Of a stretch of DNA of 64,000 nt, positions 40,462 to 51,018 are shown one piece after another. The stretch is from Bacillales bacterium (GTDB lineage: Bacteria > Bacillota_I > Bacilli_A > RF39 > UBA660). A program made the translations under genes and the position numbers. The notes under the pieces are model-generated. The model ran no database searches, was not told the origin of the DNA, and was given only the letters and a program-made list of their open reading frames with translations. Every line of letters begins with the position of its first letter. Position 1 is the first letter of the stretch. Location: contig JAEELI010000007.1 of assembly GCA_016288795.1 (NCBI GenBank), forward strand, positions 5,142 through 69,141, written 5' to 3'.

Positions 40462-40941
40462 ATGATAACTTTAATAGCTGCGATTGGAAAAAATAATGAA
40501 CTTGGTAAAAATAATAACTTAATATGGCGCCTACCTGGAGATTTAAAGTTTTTTAAAGAAATAACTTTAAATCATCCTGTAATCATGGGATATAAAACTT
40601 ATGAATCTATAGGTAAACCATTACCAAATAGGCGTAATATATTAATAACTAGTAGAGATATTACAATTGATAATGTTCAAATCTATCATTCATTTGAGGA
40701 ATTATTTAATAATGAAGATTTTAATAATGAATACTTCGTAATTGGAGGAGCATCACTATATAATTATTTCTATCCATTAGCAAATAAAATATATTTAACT
40801 AAAATAGATGCTGAAGATAAGGAAGCTACAGTTTTCTTTCCTCAAATCGATTATAGTATGTGGATAGAAAAAGAATTAGCTCAAAATGAAGATAATGGGA
40901 TAAAGTATAAGCATGTAGTGCTAGAAAGGAAGAAAAAATGA
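40462..40941 (+). CDS. folA: Dihydrofolate reductase
   Basis: MITLIAAIGKNNELG...LIWRLPGDLKFFKEITL...VIGGASLY. Confidence 0.85.
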   Translation: MITLIAAIGKNNELGKNNNLIWRLPGDLKFFKEITLNHPVIMGYKTYESIGKPLPNRRNILITSRDITIDNVQIYHSFEELFNNEDFNNEYFVIGGASLYNYFYPLANKIYLTKIDAEDKEATVFFPQIDYSMWIEKELAQNEDNGIKYKHVVLERKKK

Positions 40942-41624
40942 AAGTAATTCTAAAAATAAGTGGAGAAGCATTAAAGTCTGGCGAAAAAAATGTATCACAA
41001 GACAAATTAAAAGACGTTTTAAATATTGTTCGAATAATGAAAGAAGATAGTCATCGAATTGCTATTGTAGTAGGCGGTGGAAACTATTTTAGAGGGCGAG
41101 AACATCCTGAAATGGGCAAAGTAAATGGCGATACAATTGGGATGTTATCTACAGTTGTTAATGCAATATATATTAAAGATTATTTAGAAAATAATGGCTA
41201 TAATTCTATTATTTCAACCCCATTTGATTTTCCTAATCTTGTTCCTAATTATTCAAATGATGAATTAAAAGAACTATTTAAAGACAATATTATAGTATTT
41301 GGTGGTGGAGTAGGCATGAGTGGTTATTCAACTGACTCTGGAACTACTTTGGCTGCAGAAATAGTAGATGCAGATTTAATTATTAAATTAACTAATGTCG
41401 ATGGAGTATATGATAGTGATCCTGATGAAAATCCTAATGCTCATATGTTTACCGAATTATCTTATCAAGAGGTTCTCGATAAAGAATTGGGTGTTATGGA
41501 TTTATACGCAATTAAAAAGTGTATGGAAAATAAAACTAAAATACTTGTTATGAATTTTAACGATTATAATAAAATACCTAAGTTCTTTGAAGGAAAAAGA
41601 ATTGGAACTTTAATAGGAGATTAA
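40938..41624 (+). CDS. UMP kinase (PyrH) family paralog embedded in the thymidylate operon
   Basis: KISGEAL, VVGGGNYFRG and VDGVYDSDPDENPNAHMF are hallmarks of the amino-acid-kinase/UMPK family. Confidence 0.6.
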   Translation: MKVILKISGEALKSGEKNVSQDKLKDVLNIVRIMKEDSHRIAIVVGGGNYFRGREHPEMGKVNGDTIGMLSTVVNAIYIKDYLENNGYNSIISTPFDFPNLVPNYSNDELKELFKDNIIVFGGGVGMSGYSTDSGTTLAAEIVDADLIIKLTNVDGVYDSDPDENPNAHMFTELSYQEVLDKELGVMDLYAIKKCMENKTKILVMNFNDYNKIPKFFEGKRIGTLIGD

Positions 41625-42293
41625 ATGAAGAAACTAATTGTTATTGAGGGAACAGATTGTTCTGGAAAAGGTACTCAATGTGAATTATTATATAAAAATC
41701 TCATAGATCAAGGCTATAACGTTCTAAAAAAGTCATTTCCTGTCTATGATAGTCCAACCGGTAAAATAGTTGGAGGTCCTTATTTGGGCAAATCTTCAAT
41801 TTGTGAGGGATGGTTTAAAGAAGGAGCAAATAATGTTGATGCTAAGGTAGCTAGTTTATACTATGCAGCTGATAGATTATATAATATAAAAGAAATAAGT
41901 GAATATTTAGAAAAAGGTAATATTGTTTTATTAGATAGATATGTTCCATCTAATATGGGTCATCAAGCAGGAAAAATAAAAGATAAAGAAGACCGTTTAA
42001 AAATGTTCAAATGGCTTGAAAAATTAGAATATGAATTATTAGAACTCCCAAGACCTGATATTAAAATATTCTTACATATGCCATATGAATATTCAAAAAA
42101 GCTTCAAGATAATAGAAAAGAACTAGATCAACACGAATTATCTGAAGCTAATATTCGCAATGCTGAAAATGCCTATATAGAGATGGCTGAACTATACAAT
42201 TTTGAGATTATTGAGTGTGTAAAAGACGGTAAAATTAGATCAGTTGATGATATATCTAAAGAAATATTAAATATAGTTCTAAGCAAAATATAG
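41625..42293 (+). CDS. tmk: Thymidylate kinase
   Basis: LIVIEGTDCSGKGTQ P-loop and the DRY motif region. Confidence 0.85.
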   Translation: MKKLIVIEGTDCSGKGTQCELLYKNLIDQGYNVLKKSFPVYDSPTGKIVGGPYLGKSSICEGWFKEGANNVDAKVASLYYAADRLYNIKEISEYLEKGNIVLLDRYVPSNMGHQAGKIKDKEDRLKMFKWLEKLEYELLELPRPDIKIFLHMPYEYSKKLQDNRKELDQHELSEANIRNAENAYIEMAELYNFEIIECVKDGKIRSVDDISKEILNIVLSKI

Positions 42294-42341
42294 ATGGACA
42301 ATTAGTCCATTTTTTTTTATAATTGAAAAGGACGTGATTTT

Positions 42342-43364
42342 ATGAATATAAATGACTATGATTATGAATTAGATGAAAAGTTTATAGCTCAAACCCCAAT
42401 AAAGAATCGTTCTGACTCAAAATTAATGATTCTGGATAAGAGTAGTGGTGAAATAAAACATTCTAACTTTTATAATATTATAAATTATTTAAATAAGGGA
42501 GATGTATTAGTTCTTAATGATACTAAAGTCCTTCCAGCAAGAATATTTGGTAAAAAGGAAGATACTGGTGCTAATATAGAACTATTGCTTCTAAAAAACA
42601 TTGAAAATGACGAATGGGAATGCCTTTCAAGACCTGCAAAAAGATTAAAGATAGGAACTACTATTGTATTTAACGAAAATTTGAAATGTAAGGTCATTGA
42701 TAAAAAAGAAGATGGAATAATTAGAGTAAACTTTGAATATAAAGGAATATTCCTAGAAATAATTGAGAAACTAGGGATAATGCCTCTTCCACCATATATT
42801 CATGAGAGTCTAAAAGAGCAAGAAAGATATCAAACTGTATATGCAAAGATTCTCGGTAGTGCAGCAGCACCTACTGCTGGATTACATTTCACTAGAAAAT
42901 TGCTTGAAGAAATAAAAAATAAGGGCATTATCGTTTGTTATGTAACTTTACACGTTGGCTTAGGAACATTTAGACCAGTAGAAGTAGAAAATATTGTAGA
43001 CCATCATATGCATAGTGAACATTTTGTAATGAGTAGTGAAGTAGCTAATTTATTAAATGATGCAAAGAAAAATGGGAAGAAAATCTATGCTGTGGGAACA
43101 ACTACAACAAGAGTTCTTGAAACAATGATGAGCAAATATGGAAAGTTTAAAGAAGTCAGTGAAGATACAGATATATTTATATATCCTGGATATAAATTTA
43201 AAGCGATAGATGGGTTAATTACAAACTTTCATCTTCCTAAAAGCACGCTTTTAATGCTTGTTAGTGCTTTAGCTAGCAGAGAAATTATTCTAAATGCTTA
43301 TGAACAAGCTAAAATTAATAATTATCGTTTCTTTTCCTTTGGCGATGCAATGTTTATAAAATAA
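42342..43364 (+). CDS. queA: S-adenosylmethionine:tRNA ribosyltransferase-isomerase
   Basis: Typical QueA N-terminus (DYELDEKFIAQTPIKNRSDSKLMILDK) and length. Confidence 0.9.
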   Translation: MNINDYDYELDEKFIAQTPIKNRSDSKLMILDKSSGEIKHSNFYNIINYLNKGDVLVLNDTKVLPARIFGKKEDTGANIELLLLKNIENDEWECLSRPAKRLKIGTTIVFNENLKCKVIDKKEDGIIRVNFEYKGIFLEIIEKLGIMPLPPYIHESLKEQERYQTVYAKILGSAAAPTAGLHFTRKLLEEIKNKGIIVCYVTLHVGLGTFRPVEVENIVDHHMHSEHFVMSSEVANLLNDAKKNGKKIYAVGTTTTRVLETMMSKYGKFKEVSEDTDIFIYPGYKFKAIDGLITNFHLPKSTLLMLVSALASREIILNAYEQAKINNYRFFSFGDAMFIK

Positions 43365-43377
43365 AAAGACTGAATTA

Positions 43378-43839
43378 TTAATTCAGTCTTATACTTTCTC
43401 TTTCAATTAAATCAAATGAATCGATTTGTTGCATTCTATCATTCAGTAACTTTTCTAGTTTTATAAGCTTTTTATCAAATATTCTATAATTTAACATACA
43501 TAAATTTCTAATATCTTCAATTGTATTACCAACTTCATATATTTCTAGAAATCTTAGCTCTGGATCTAGTGTTTGAATATAGAAATATGCAACTTCATCA
43601 CCATTTTTAAGTTTGAAAGTAGTCTTATAACTAATTGTCAATTTTTCAGCTAACAAATTCATTCTACTTTTGAATCCATTTGCAGCCGTTTGCAATCTAA
43701 AACGCCACATGCTGGCTAATTTATCTAACTCAGCTTTTCTTTCTTCATCTATTGATTCAAAGTTACTAAATTCCATTGAACCGAATAATTCGCTGTAAAA
43801 CCTAGAAATGGTTTCTTTTTTAAAATCAAATCTTTGCAT
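43378..43839 (-). CDS. Hypothetical protein
   Basis: Start chosen at MQRFDFKK, with RBS AAGGGGG. The track start at 43896 lacks an RBS. Confidence 0.45.
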   Translation of the reverse strand: MQRFDFKKETISRFYSELFGSMEFSNFESIDEERKAELDKLASMWRFRLQTAANGFKSRMNLLAEKLTISYKTTFKLKNGDEVAYFYIQTLDPELRFLEIYEVGNTIEDIRNLCMLNYRIFDKKLIKLEKLLNDRMQQIDSFDLIERESIRLN

Positions 43840-43951
43840 TAAAAACCCCCTTTTTTCACGAGTGTATATTTTACCTTTTTTAAGCCAATTTGTCAAGTTT
43901 TTAGCCTATATATATTCATCTTACACGATAAATATGATATTATATTTATGA

Positions 43952-45394
<1,443 letters not shown>

Positions 45395-45398
<4 letters not shown>

Positions 45399-45760
45399 TC
45401 ATTACTTTTTTTATGTCCCCCAAGAATTCCTCCCAGAATAGAAACTAATAAGAGTATAAAATAATAAAGTAGAGTAACAGTATTAATAGATTTACCTATT
45501 AAAATTAACTTTATAATAAACATAAATAAGATTAAAATTAAGCCCATTAGTATTCCCTCAATATATCCCTTTTTTTGTTTATTTTTAGCATTACGAAAAT
45601 TAAGAATAAAGAATAGTGTAATATTACTTCCAAATATTATTATCTGAGAAATCCCACTATTAACACCAATTAGATTTAAAGCGCTCGTTATAAAAATAAT
45701 ACCCAATTCAGTAATGGCAAATATACTTAAGTATTTTAGATAATATATTATATTATTCAT
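45395..45760 (-). CDS. Hypothetical small membrane protein
   Basis: 121 aa with 3-4 TM helices. Confidence 0.4.
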
Positions 45761-45799
45761 GTTTTCACCTATTAAATTATATAAATTGACTAAAAAAAT

Positions 45800-46498
45800 A
45801 TGATTAAGAACATAATATTTTTAGGTGATAATGTGGCTGAAATGGGATCTATTATATTTAGAACAATATTTTTCTATTTTTTTGTTATGCTTTGCTATAG
45901 ATTAATGGGTAAAAGAGAGGTGGGTCAACTAGGAATAACAGACTTAATAGTTTCTATATTAATTGCTGAATTAATTGCTATATCTATAGAAAACATAAAT
46001 AAAAGCATATTTTTAACTATTATTCCAATAATAATTTTGGTTATACTAGAAATAATGCTGGCTTTTTTATCTTTAAAATCAAGAACTATTAGAACTTTTT
46101 TTGATGGAAAACCATCTCTCATCATTTATAATGGTAAAGTAAATTATCATGAAATGTTAAAACAAAGATATAGCTTAGATGATTTACTATTGTCATTAAG
46201 ACAAAAAGAAATAAAGAATATAAATGAGGTAGAGTATGCTTTTTTGGAACCAAATGGTAAATTATCCATATTTAAATATAAATTATTTAATATCCCATCT
46301 AATTATCCAATGCCCCTAATAGTGGATGGCTCAGTTCAAAAAAAAGCCCTAAAGAAAATTAAAAAAAGTTATACTTGGTTAATATACAATCTCAATTCTA
46401 ATAATATAAATATTAAAACTGTTTTTTACGCTTATTATAAAAACAAAAAATTGTTTGTTATTACTAAAAATGATAATGAAAAAACAATAATTAACTAA
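45800..46498 (+). CDS. DUF421 (YetF-like) membrane protein
   Basis: YRLMGKREVGQLGITDLIVSILIAE is the DUF421 signature. The start may be further downstream. Confidence 0.6.
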   Translation: MIKNIIFLGDNVAEMGSIIFRTIFFYFFVMLCYRLMGKREVGQLGITDLIVSILIAELIAISIENINKSIFLTIIPIIILVILEIMLAFLSLKSRTIRTFFDGKPSLIIYNGKVNYHEMLKQRYSLDDLLLSLRQKEIKNINEVEYAFLEPNGKLSIFKYKLFNIPSNYPMPLIVDGSVQKKALKKIKKSYTWLIYNLNSNNINIKTVFYAYYKNKKLFVITKNDNEKTIIN

Positions 46499-46567
46499 TT
46501 TTAGGTTGACAAGTAAGTGTTAAGTTAAGTATAATTGAATTGTAAATTATAGAAAGTAGAGAGTGTA

Positions 46568-47338
46568 ATGGATAAGTTAAATGATTTATTACAAGAATTA
46601 GGGGTTTCAAAAGTAAGACTTTCAAAGTATTTAGGAGTATCTAGACAAATGGTATATAACTATTTGATGCTAGAAAGTCTAGATAAATGGCCTAAGGAAA
46701 AGAAAATATTATTACTTCAACTTTTAGACTTAAAAGAGGGTAGTAAAGAAGAGTTGGAGAGTATTAAAGTAGACACTGAATACTTAATGAATGTAGAAAA
46801 AAGATTAAATTTAGGAATGAAAAATGGTAATGAATTAGATTCTTTCCTTGATTTAAAAGGCTTAGATAAAGAAAGCAAAACATTACTAAATGATATTGCA
46901 TTTTTATTAAAAGAAAAGTTAGAAGAGAATAGAAATAATGATACAATTGCAATTAAATATTTATATAACTTTTTACAAGCAATGGATAATGTTCCAGAAA
47001 TCAAGTATATATTAGCATATATGGCTAAGACAAATGGTTTTATTACTGCTGATCAATTTGATTTCAATGAAGATAAACAATATGTATTTGAAGGTATTTT
47101 ATTCTCAGCGCTTACTCTTTATAACAATGGTGGCGCAAGCAAGAGTAAAGTAGTGGAAACTAGAAAAAGATTTGTTCAAGAGCTTGAAGCTAAGAAAGAA
47201 GAGAAGTTGAGTAGAACACAACAATTAAACACTACTAAGATACAAGCACTAAAAGAACTTGGTTATACCGAAATAAATGAATCAAATGCTGCCGAGGTTT
47301 TTGAAAAGATAGCTGAGATTCAATCAAGAAAAGTTTAA
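46568..47338 (+). CDS. Helix-turn-helix domain protein (XRE-like N-terminus)
   Basis: LLQELGVSKVRLSKYLGVSRQMVYNY is an HTH motif. Confidence 0.55.
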   Translation: MDKLNDLLQELGVSKVRLSKYLGVSRQMVYNYLMLESLDKWPKEKKILLLQLLDLKEGSKEELESIKVDTEYLMNVEKRLNLGMKNGNELDSFLDLKGLDKESKTLLNDIAFLLKEKLEENRNNDTIAIKYLYNFLQAMDNVPEIKYILAYMAKTNGFITADQFDFNEDKQYVFEGILFSALTLYNNGGASKSKVVETRKRFVQELEAKKEEKLSRTQQLNTTKIQALKELGYTEINESNAAEVFEKIAEIQSRKV

Positions 47339-47398
47339 AAAAAGATAGAGAACTACTCTCTTTTTTTTTGCTTTAAAACTCACTCCTACACATGTATA

Positions 47399-47477
47399 TA
47401 TCCTTATATAAATATAAATAATAGGATTACATGCGCATAATCCTTATATTAATATAAATTATAAGGATATAATGCGC
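47399..47477. repeat. Tandem pair of ~40-bp units, each containing an internal palindrome
   Basis: Unit 1 is atccttatataaatataaataataggat + tacATGCGCATa. Unit 2 is atccttatattaatataaattataaggat + ataATGCGCttg. Unit 2 has perfect 9-bp arms (ATCCTTATA/TATAAGGAT) with an 11-nt spacer. It lies between convergent genes. Confidence 0.6.
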
Positions 47478-47666
47478 TTGAATTTTTTTATAAAGTATTC
47501 GCAAATTTTTTTCTCAATTTATTTTGCACTAAATATTTTAATTTTAATATATTATTATTATAAATAAATATAATTCATTATTATTAAACTAACCCAAAAT
47601 TAATCAAGTCTGTGTTTTTCATAATGTATATTATGTTAACCAACGCTTGAGTTGCAATTTCTGATA

Positions 47667-47692
47667 ATAAAAAAGGACTAGTTTTCTAGTCC
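47667..47692 (-). terminator. clpB rho-independent terminator
   Basis: On the minus strand, AGGACTAGaaaaCTAGTCCTttttt. It overlaps the clpB stop codon. Confidence 0.7.
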
Positions 47693-49806
47693 TCTACGTC
47701 TATCCTATTATCTTTAACTATAACTTTAATTGAATCTCCATATTTAATTGTTCCATCAATTATTTTCTTGGCTAATAATGTTTCTAATTCCTTTGTAACC
47801 AATCTTTTTAATGGTCTAGCTCCATAGGCTTCATCATAACCATTATCAATAAAATATCTAATAGCATCTTCACTTAATTCTAATTTAATATTTATATCTT
47901 TTAAATTATCTTCTATATTATGAATAATTTTAAATAAAATATCCTTTAGAACTTCTTTATTTAATTTATTAAACATTATAATTTCATCAATTCTATTTAA
48001 AAACTCTGGTTTAAAATAATGATGTAATTCTTCCATAACTTTTTTTGATTCTCCATCTAGTATATATTCGCTTCCTACATTAGATGTCATTATAATGATT
48101 GTATTCTTAAAGTCCACTACTCTACCATTTGAATCTGTAAGTCTTCCGTCATCTAATATTTGTAATAATAAATTTAATACTTCTGGATGCGCTTTTTCAA
48201 TTTCATCAAATAGCACAATACTATATGGATTTCTACGAACTGCTTCAGTTAGTTGTCCACCCTCTTCATAACCTATATATCCTGGTGCAGCTCCAATCAA
48301 TCTAGAAACAGAGTATTTTTCCATATATTCACTCATATCAATTCTAATTAAGTGGTGCTCATCGTCAAATAATTCATACGCTAAACTCTTAGCTATTTCT
48401 GTTTTACCAACACCAGTAGGTCCTAGGAATATAAATGAGCCAATTGGTCTATTTGGATCTTTTATACCACTTCTACTACGAATAATAGCATCACTAACTA
48501 ATTTTAATGCATTATCTTGGCCCATAACTCTTTTTCTCAAATTATCTTCTAAGTGTAATAATTTTTCTTTTTCAGTGCTCAATAGTTTTGTAATAGGTAT
48601 ATTCGTTAACTTACTTATTACATCTGCTATATTATCACTTGTTACAGTATCACTTAATAATTTGTTGCTTGAATTTTGCTTCAAATCATTTAATTCTTTT
48701 TCCAATTTGGGAATTGTTCCGTGACGTAATTTGGCAGCATTTTCTAAATCATAGTTGTTCTCTGCTGTTTCCAATTCGTATCTTGCTTTTTCTAATTCTT
48801 CTTTTTTGCTATTAATTTCACTTAATGTTTCCTTTTCGTTTTCCCAAGCAATCTTCAATTCTTTTTCTTCTTTTTTAAGCGATGTAAGTTCTTCTTCTAT
48901 CGCTTCTTTTCTTTTAATAGATAACTCATCTTTTTCTTTTTTGATTGCTTCTTTTTCGATTTCTAAACGCATAATTGAACGAGTAAGCTCATCTAAAGAA
49001 GTCGGCACACTATCCATTTGAACTCTAATTGTTGCACATGCTTCATCTACTAAATCGATTGCTTTATCTGGTAAATATCTATCTGTAATATACCTATTTG
49101 ATAGAACTGCTGCACTAACTAGTGCCTTATCTTGAATAGTAACTCCATGGTGTATTTCAAATCTTTCTTTTAATCCTCTTAGAATAGTTATTGTGTCCTC
49201 AACAGAAGGCTCAGATATTTTAACCTTTTGAAATCTTCTCTCTAAAGCTCCATCTTTTTCAATATATTTACGATATTCATTTAGAGTAGTAGCTCCAATA
49301 ACGTGCACTTCTCCTCTAGCTAGCATTGGTTTAAGTATATTACCAGCATCCATTGCACCTTCAATTGCTCCAGCTCCCACTATCATGTGAATTTCATCAA
49401 TAAACATTATAATTGAACCATTGCTTTTTCTAATTTCATTAAGAACCTTTTCTAATCTTTCCTCAAATTCACCACGATACTTAGCTCCAGCTATCAAAGA
49501 TGCCATATCTAGTTCCCAAATCACTTTATTCTTTAAACTTTCTGGAACATCACCTTTAATAATCCTTTGAGCTAAACCTTCAACGATGGCAGTTTTACCT
49601 ACACCAGGCTCACCAATCAATACCGGATTGTTTTTAGTCTTTCTAGTTAGAATTCTTGTAATGCTTCTAATTTCTTCGTCCCTACCAATTATTGGATCAG
49701 TCTTTCTGTTTGAAACTGCTTCATTGATGTTTCTTCCATATTTTTCTAAAACATTTTCTTCTTCGTTATTTTGATTAAAATTCATATCAATCAACCAACC
49801 TTTCAT
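47686..49806 (-). CDS. clpB: ATP-dependent chaperone ClpB lacking the N-terminal domain
   Basis: Two AAA+ modules (GEPGVGKT and GPTGVGKT Walker A motifs) with an M-domain coiled coil between them. At 706 aa it is missing the ~150-aa N-domain. The start may be the second ATG at 49785. Confidence 0.9.
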   Translation of the reverse strand: MKGWLIDMNFNQNNEEENVLEKYGRNINEAVSNRKTDPIIGRDEEIRSITRILTRKTKNNPVLIGEPGVGKTAIVEGLAQRIIKGDVPESLKNKVIWELDMASLIAGAKYRGEFEERLEKVLNEIRKSNGSIIMFIDEIHMIVGAGAIEGAMDAGNILKPMLARGEVHVIGATTLNEYRKYIEKDGALERRFQKVKISEPSVEDTITILRGLKERFEIHHGVTIQDKALVSAAVLSNRYITDRYLPDKAIDLVDEACATIRVQMDSVPTSLDELTRSIMRLEIEKEAIKKEKDELSIKRKEAIEEELTSLKKEEKELKIAWENEKETLSEINSKKEELEKARYELETAENNYDLENAAKLRHGTIPKLEKELNDLKQNSSNKLLSDTVTSDNIADVISKLTNIPITKLLSTEKEKLLHLEDNLRKRVMGQDNALKLVSDAIIRSRSGIKDPNRPIGSFIFLGPTGVGKTEIAKSLAYELFDDEHHLIRIDMSEYMEKYSVSRLIGAAPGYIGYEEGGQLTEAVRRNPYSIVLFDEIEKAHPEVLNLLLQILDDGRLTDSNGRVVDFKNTIIIMTSNVGSEYILDGESKKVMEELHHYFKPEFLNRIDEIIMFNKLNKEVLKDILFKIIHNIEDNLKDINIKLELSEDAIRYFIDNGYDEAYGARPLKRLVTKELETLLAKKIIDGTIKYGDSIKVIVKDNRIDVED

Positions 49807-49825
49807 ATAATATTATACTCAACAA

Positions 49826-49852
49826 TTAGCACTTGTCAACTATAAGTGCTAA
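49826..49852. promoter_or_regulatory. CIRCE (HrcA operator) upstream of clpB
   Basis: TTAGCACTT-N9-AAGTGCTAA is a perfect inverted repeat matching the CIRCE consensus. It lies ~20 nt upstream of the clpB start. Confidence 0.7.
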
Positions 49853-49944
49853 TTGTATGTTCTCCAGTAATTGGTATTAATAATTGTCTTAATCTAAGTA
49901 TTATTATGTATATATAATCCACACTATTATTAGGAGGGACGATA

Positions 49945-50046
49945 ATGAGAAACAGTTCAAAAAATTCTAGCAAATCAAAAAGTAGATCTAATTCAAGAAG
50001 CAAGTCTAAATGCAACAACAACGCTCGTAATACTGATTCCAAATAA
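49945..50046 (+). CDS. Small (33 aa) extremely basic Ser/Lys/Arg-rich protein
   Basis: MRNSSKNSSKSKSRSNSRSKSKCNNNARNTDSK. Strong RBS TAGGAGGG 6 nt upstream. A perfect 10-bp hairpin terminator follows immediately. Confidence 0.4.
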   Translation: MRNSSKNSSKSKSRSNSRSKSKCNNNARNTDSK

Positions 50047-50051
50047 TTGAA

Positions 50052-50077
50052 AAGAAGATATTTTATAATATCTTCTT
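50052..50077. terminator. Bidirectional hairpin terminator
   Basis: AAGAAGATATtttataATATCTTCTT with T-rich flanks. It serves the small ORF (+) and the xer gene (-). Confidence 0.65.
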
Positions 50078-50949
50078 TATTTATTGTAATGCGGATGCTT
50101 TTTATAGTCTTCCTTAACCTTTTCATGGGATACATGAGAATATATTTCTGTAGTTGATATGTTTTCGTGGCCTAATAGCTCCTGAATAATCCTTAAATCA
50201 GCACCATTATTTAACAAATGAGTTGCAAACGAATGTCTTAAAATATGGGGAGATATTTCTTTATCTATTCCACTCTTTTCGCATATTTGCTTAAGTATTT
50301 TAAAGAAACCCTGACGAGACATTCTCTTGCCATTATAATTGACAAATAAATAGTCTGAAACTCTATCTTTTAATATATAATTTCTATATTCATTAATATA
50401 CATATTAAGGTAGGTAATGCAAATACCAGATATAGGAATAATTCTTTCTTTACTTCCCTTCCCCATTACCTTTACTGATTCATCTATTATATTTATATTT
50501 GCCAAGTTTAAATCTAATAACTCGGATATTCTCATCCCAGTTGCATATAGTAATTCCAGCATTGCTTTGTTACGATAATCAAGTGGCTCTTTTAGAGATA
50601 TATCAAGAAGTTTATCTACTTCATCCATAGTTAAAAACTTAGGTAATTTTTTAGGCATTTTAGGAGCCTTAATATTATCGCAAGGATTAACTTTTATTAA
50701 TTCTAAATCTAGCATATAATCGTAAAATGATTTTAAAACAGTTAAGTAATGTGCTTTAGAAGAAGCACTTTCTTCACATTTATAAAGAAATTCTCTAATA
50801 TTATCATCACTTAATTTTAATAAATTTTCCCCTTTAAAGTAATTAGATACCTTTTCTAAATTATATTTGTATGATTCATAAGTATTATTTGATAATTTTC
50901 TTTCATATTTTAAATAGTTTAGATAGTTTTTTATATTATCATCTTTCAT
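50077..50949 (-). CDS. Tyrosine recombinase XerC/XerD family
   Basis: C-terminal catalytic motifs HILRHSFATHLL...LGHENISTTEIYSHV and an N-terminal core-binding domain. It sits in a housekeeping context next to rarA. Confidence 0.8.
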   Translation of the reverse strand: MKDDNIKNYLNYLKYERKLSNNTYESYKYNLEKVSNYFKGENLLKLSDDNIREFLYKCEESASSKAHYLTVLKSFYDYMLDLELIKVNPCDNIKAPKMPKKLPKFLTMDEVDKLLDISLKEPLDYRNKAMLELLYATGMRISELLDLNLANINIIDESVKVMGKGSKERIIPISGICITYLNMYINEYRNYILKDRVSDYLFVNYNGKRMSRQGFFKILKQICEKSGIDKEISPHILRHSFATHLLNNGADLRIIQELLGHENISTTEIYSHVSHEKVKEDYKKHPHYNK

Positions 50950-51018
50950 ATTGACATCACTACCTAGATTATACCATATATTATTTAATTTTATTTTATT
51001 ATTTGCTATAATAATTAT

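Noticed and set aside
49836-50135. 99-aa minus-strand ORF between clpB and xer
   Set aside because: It overlaps the CIRCE operator and the bidirectional terminator, and is antisense to the much better supported 33-aa ORF with strong RBS. The L/E/D repeat translation looks spurious.
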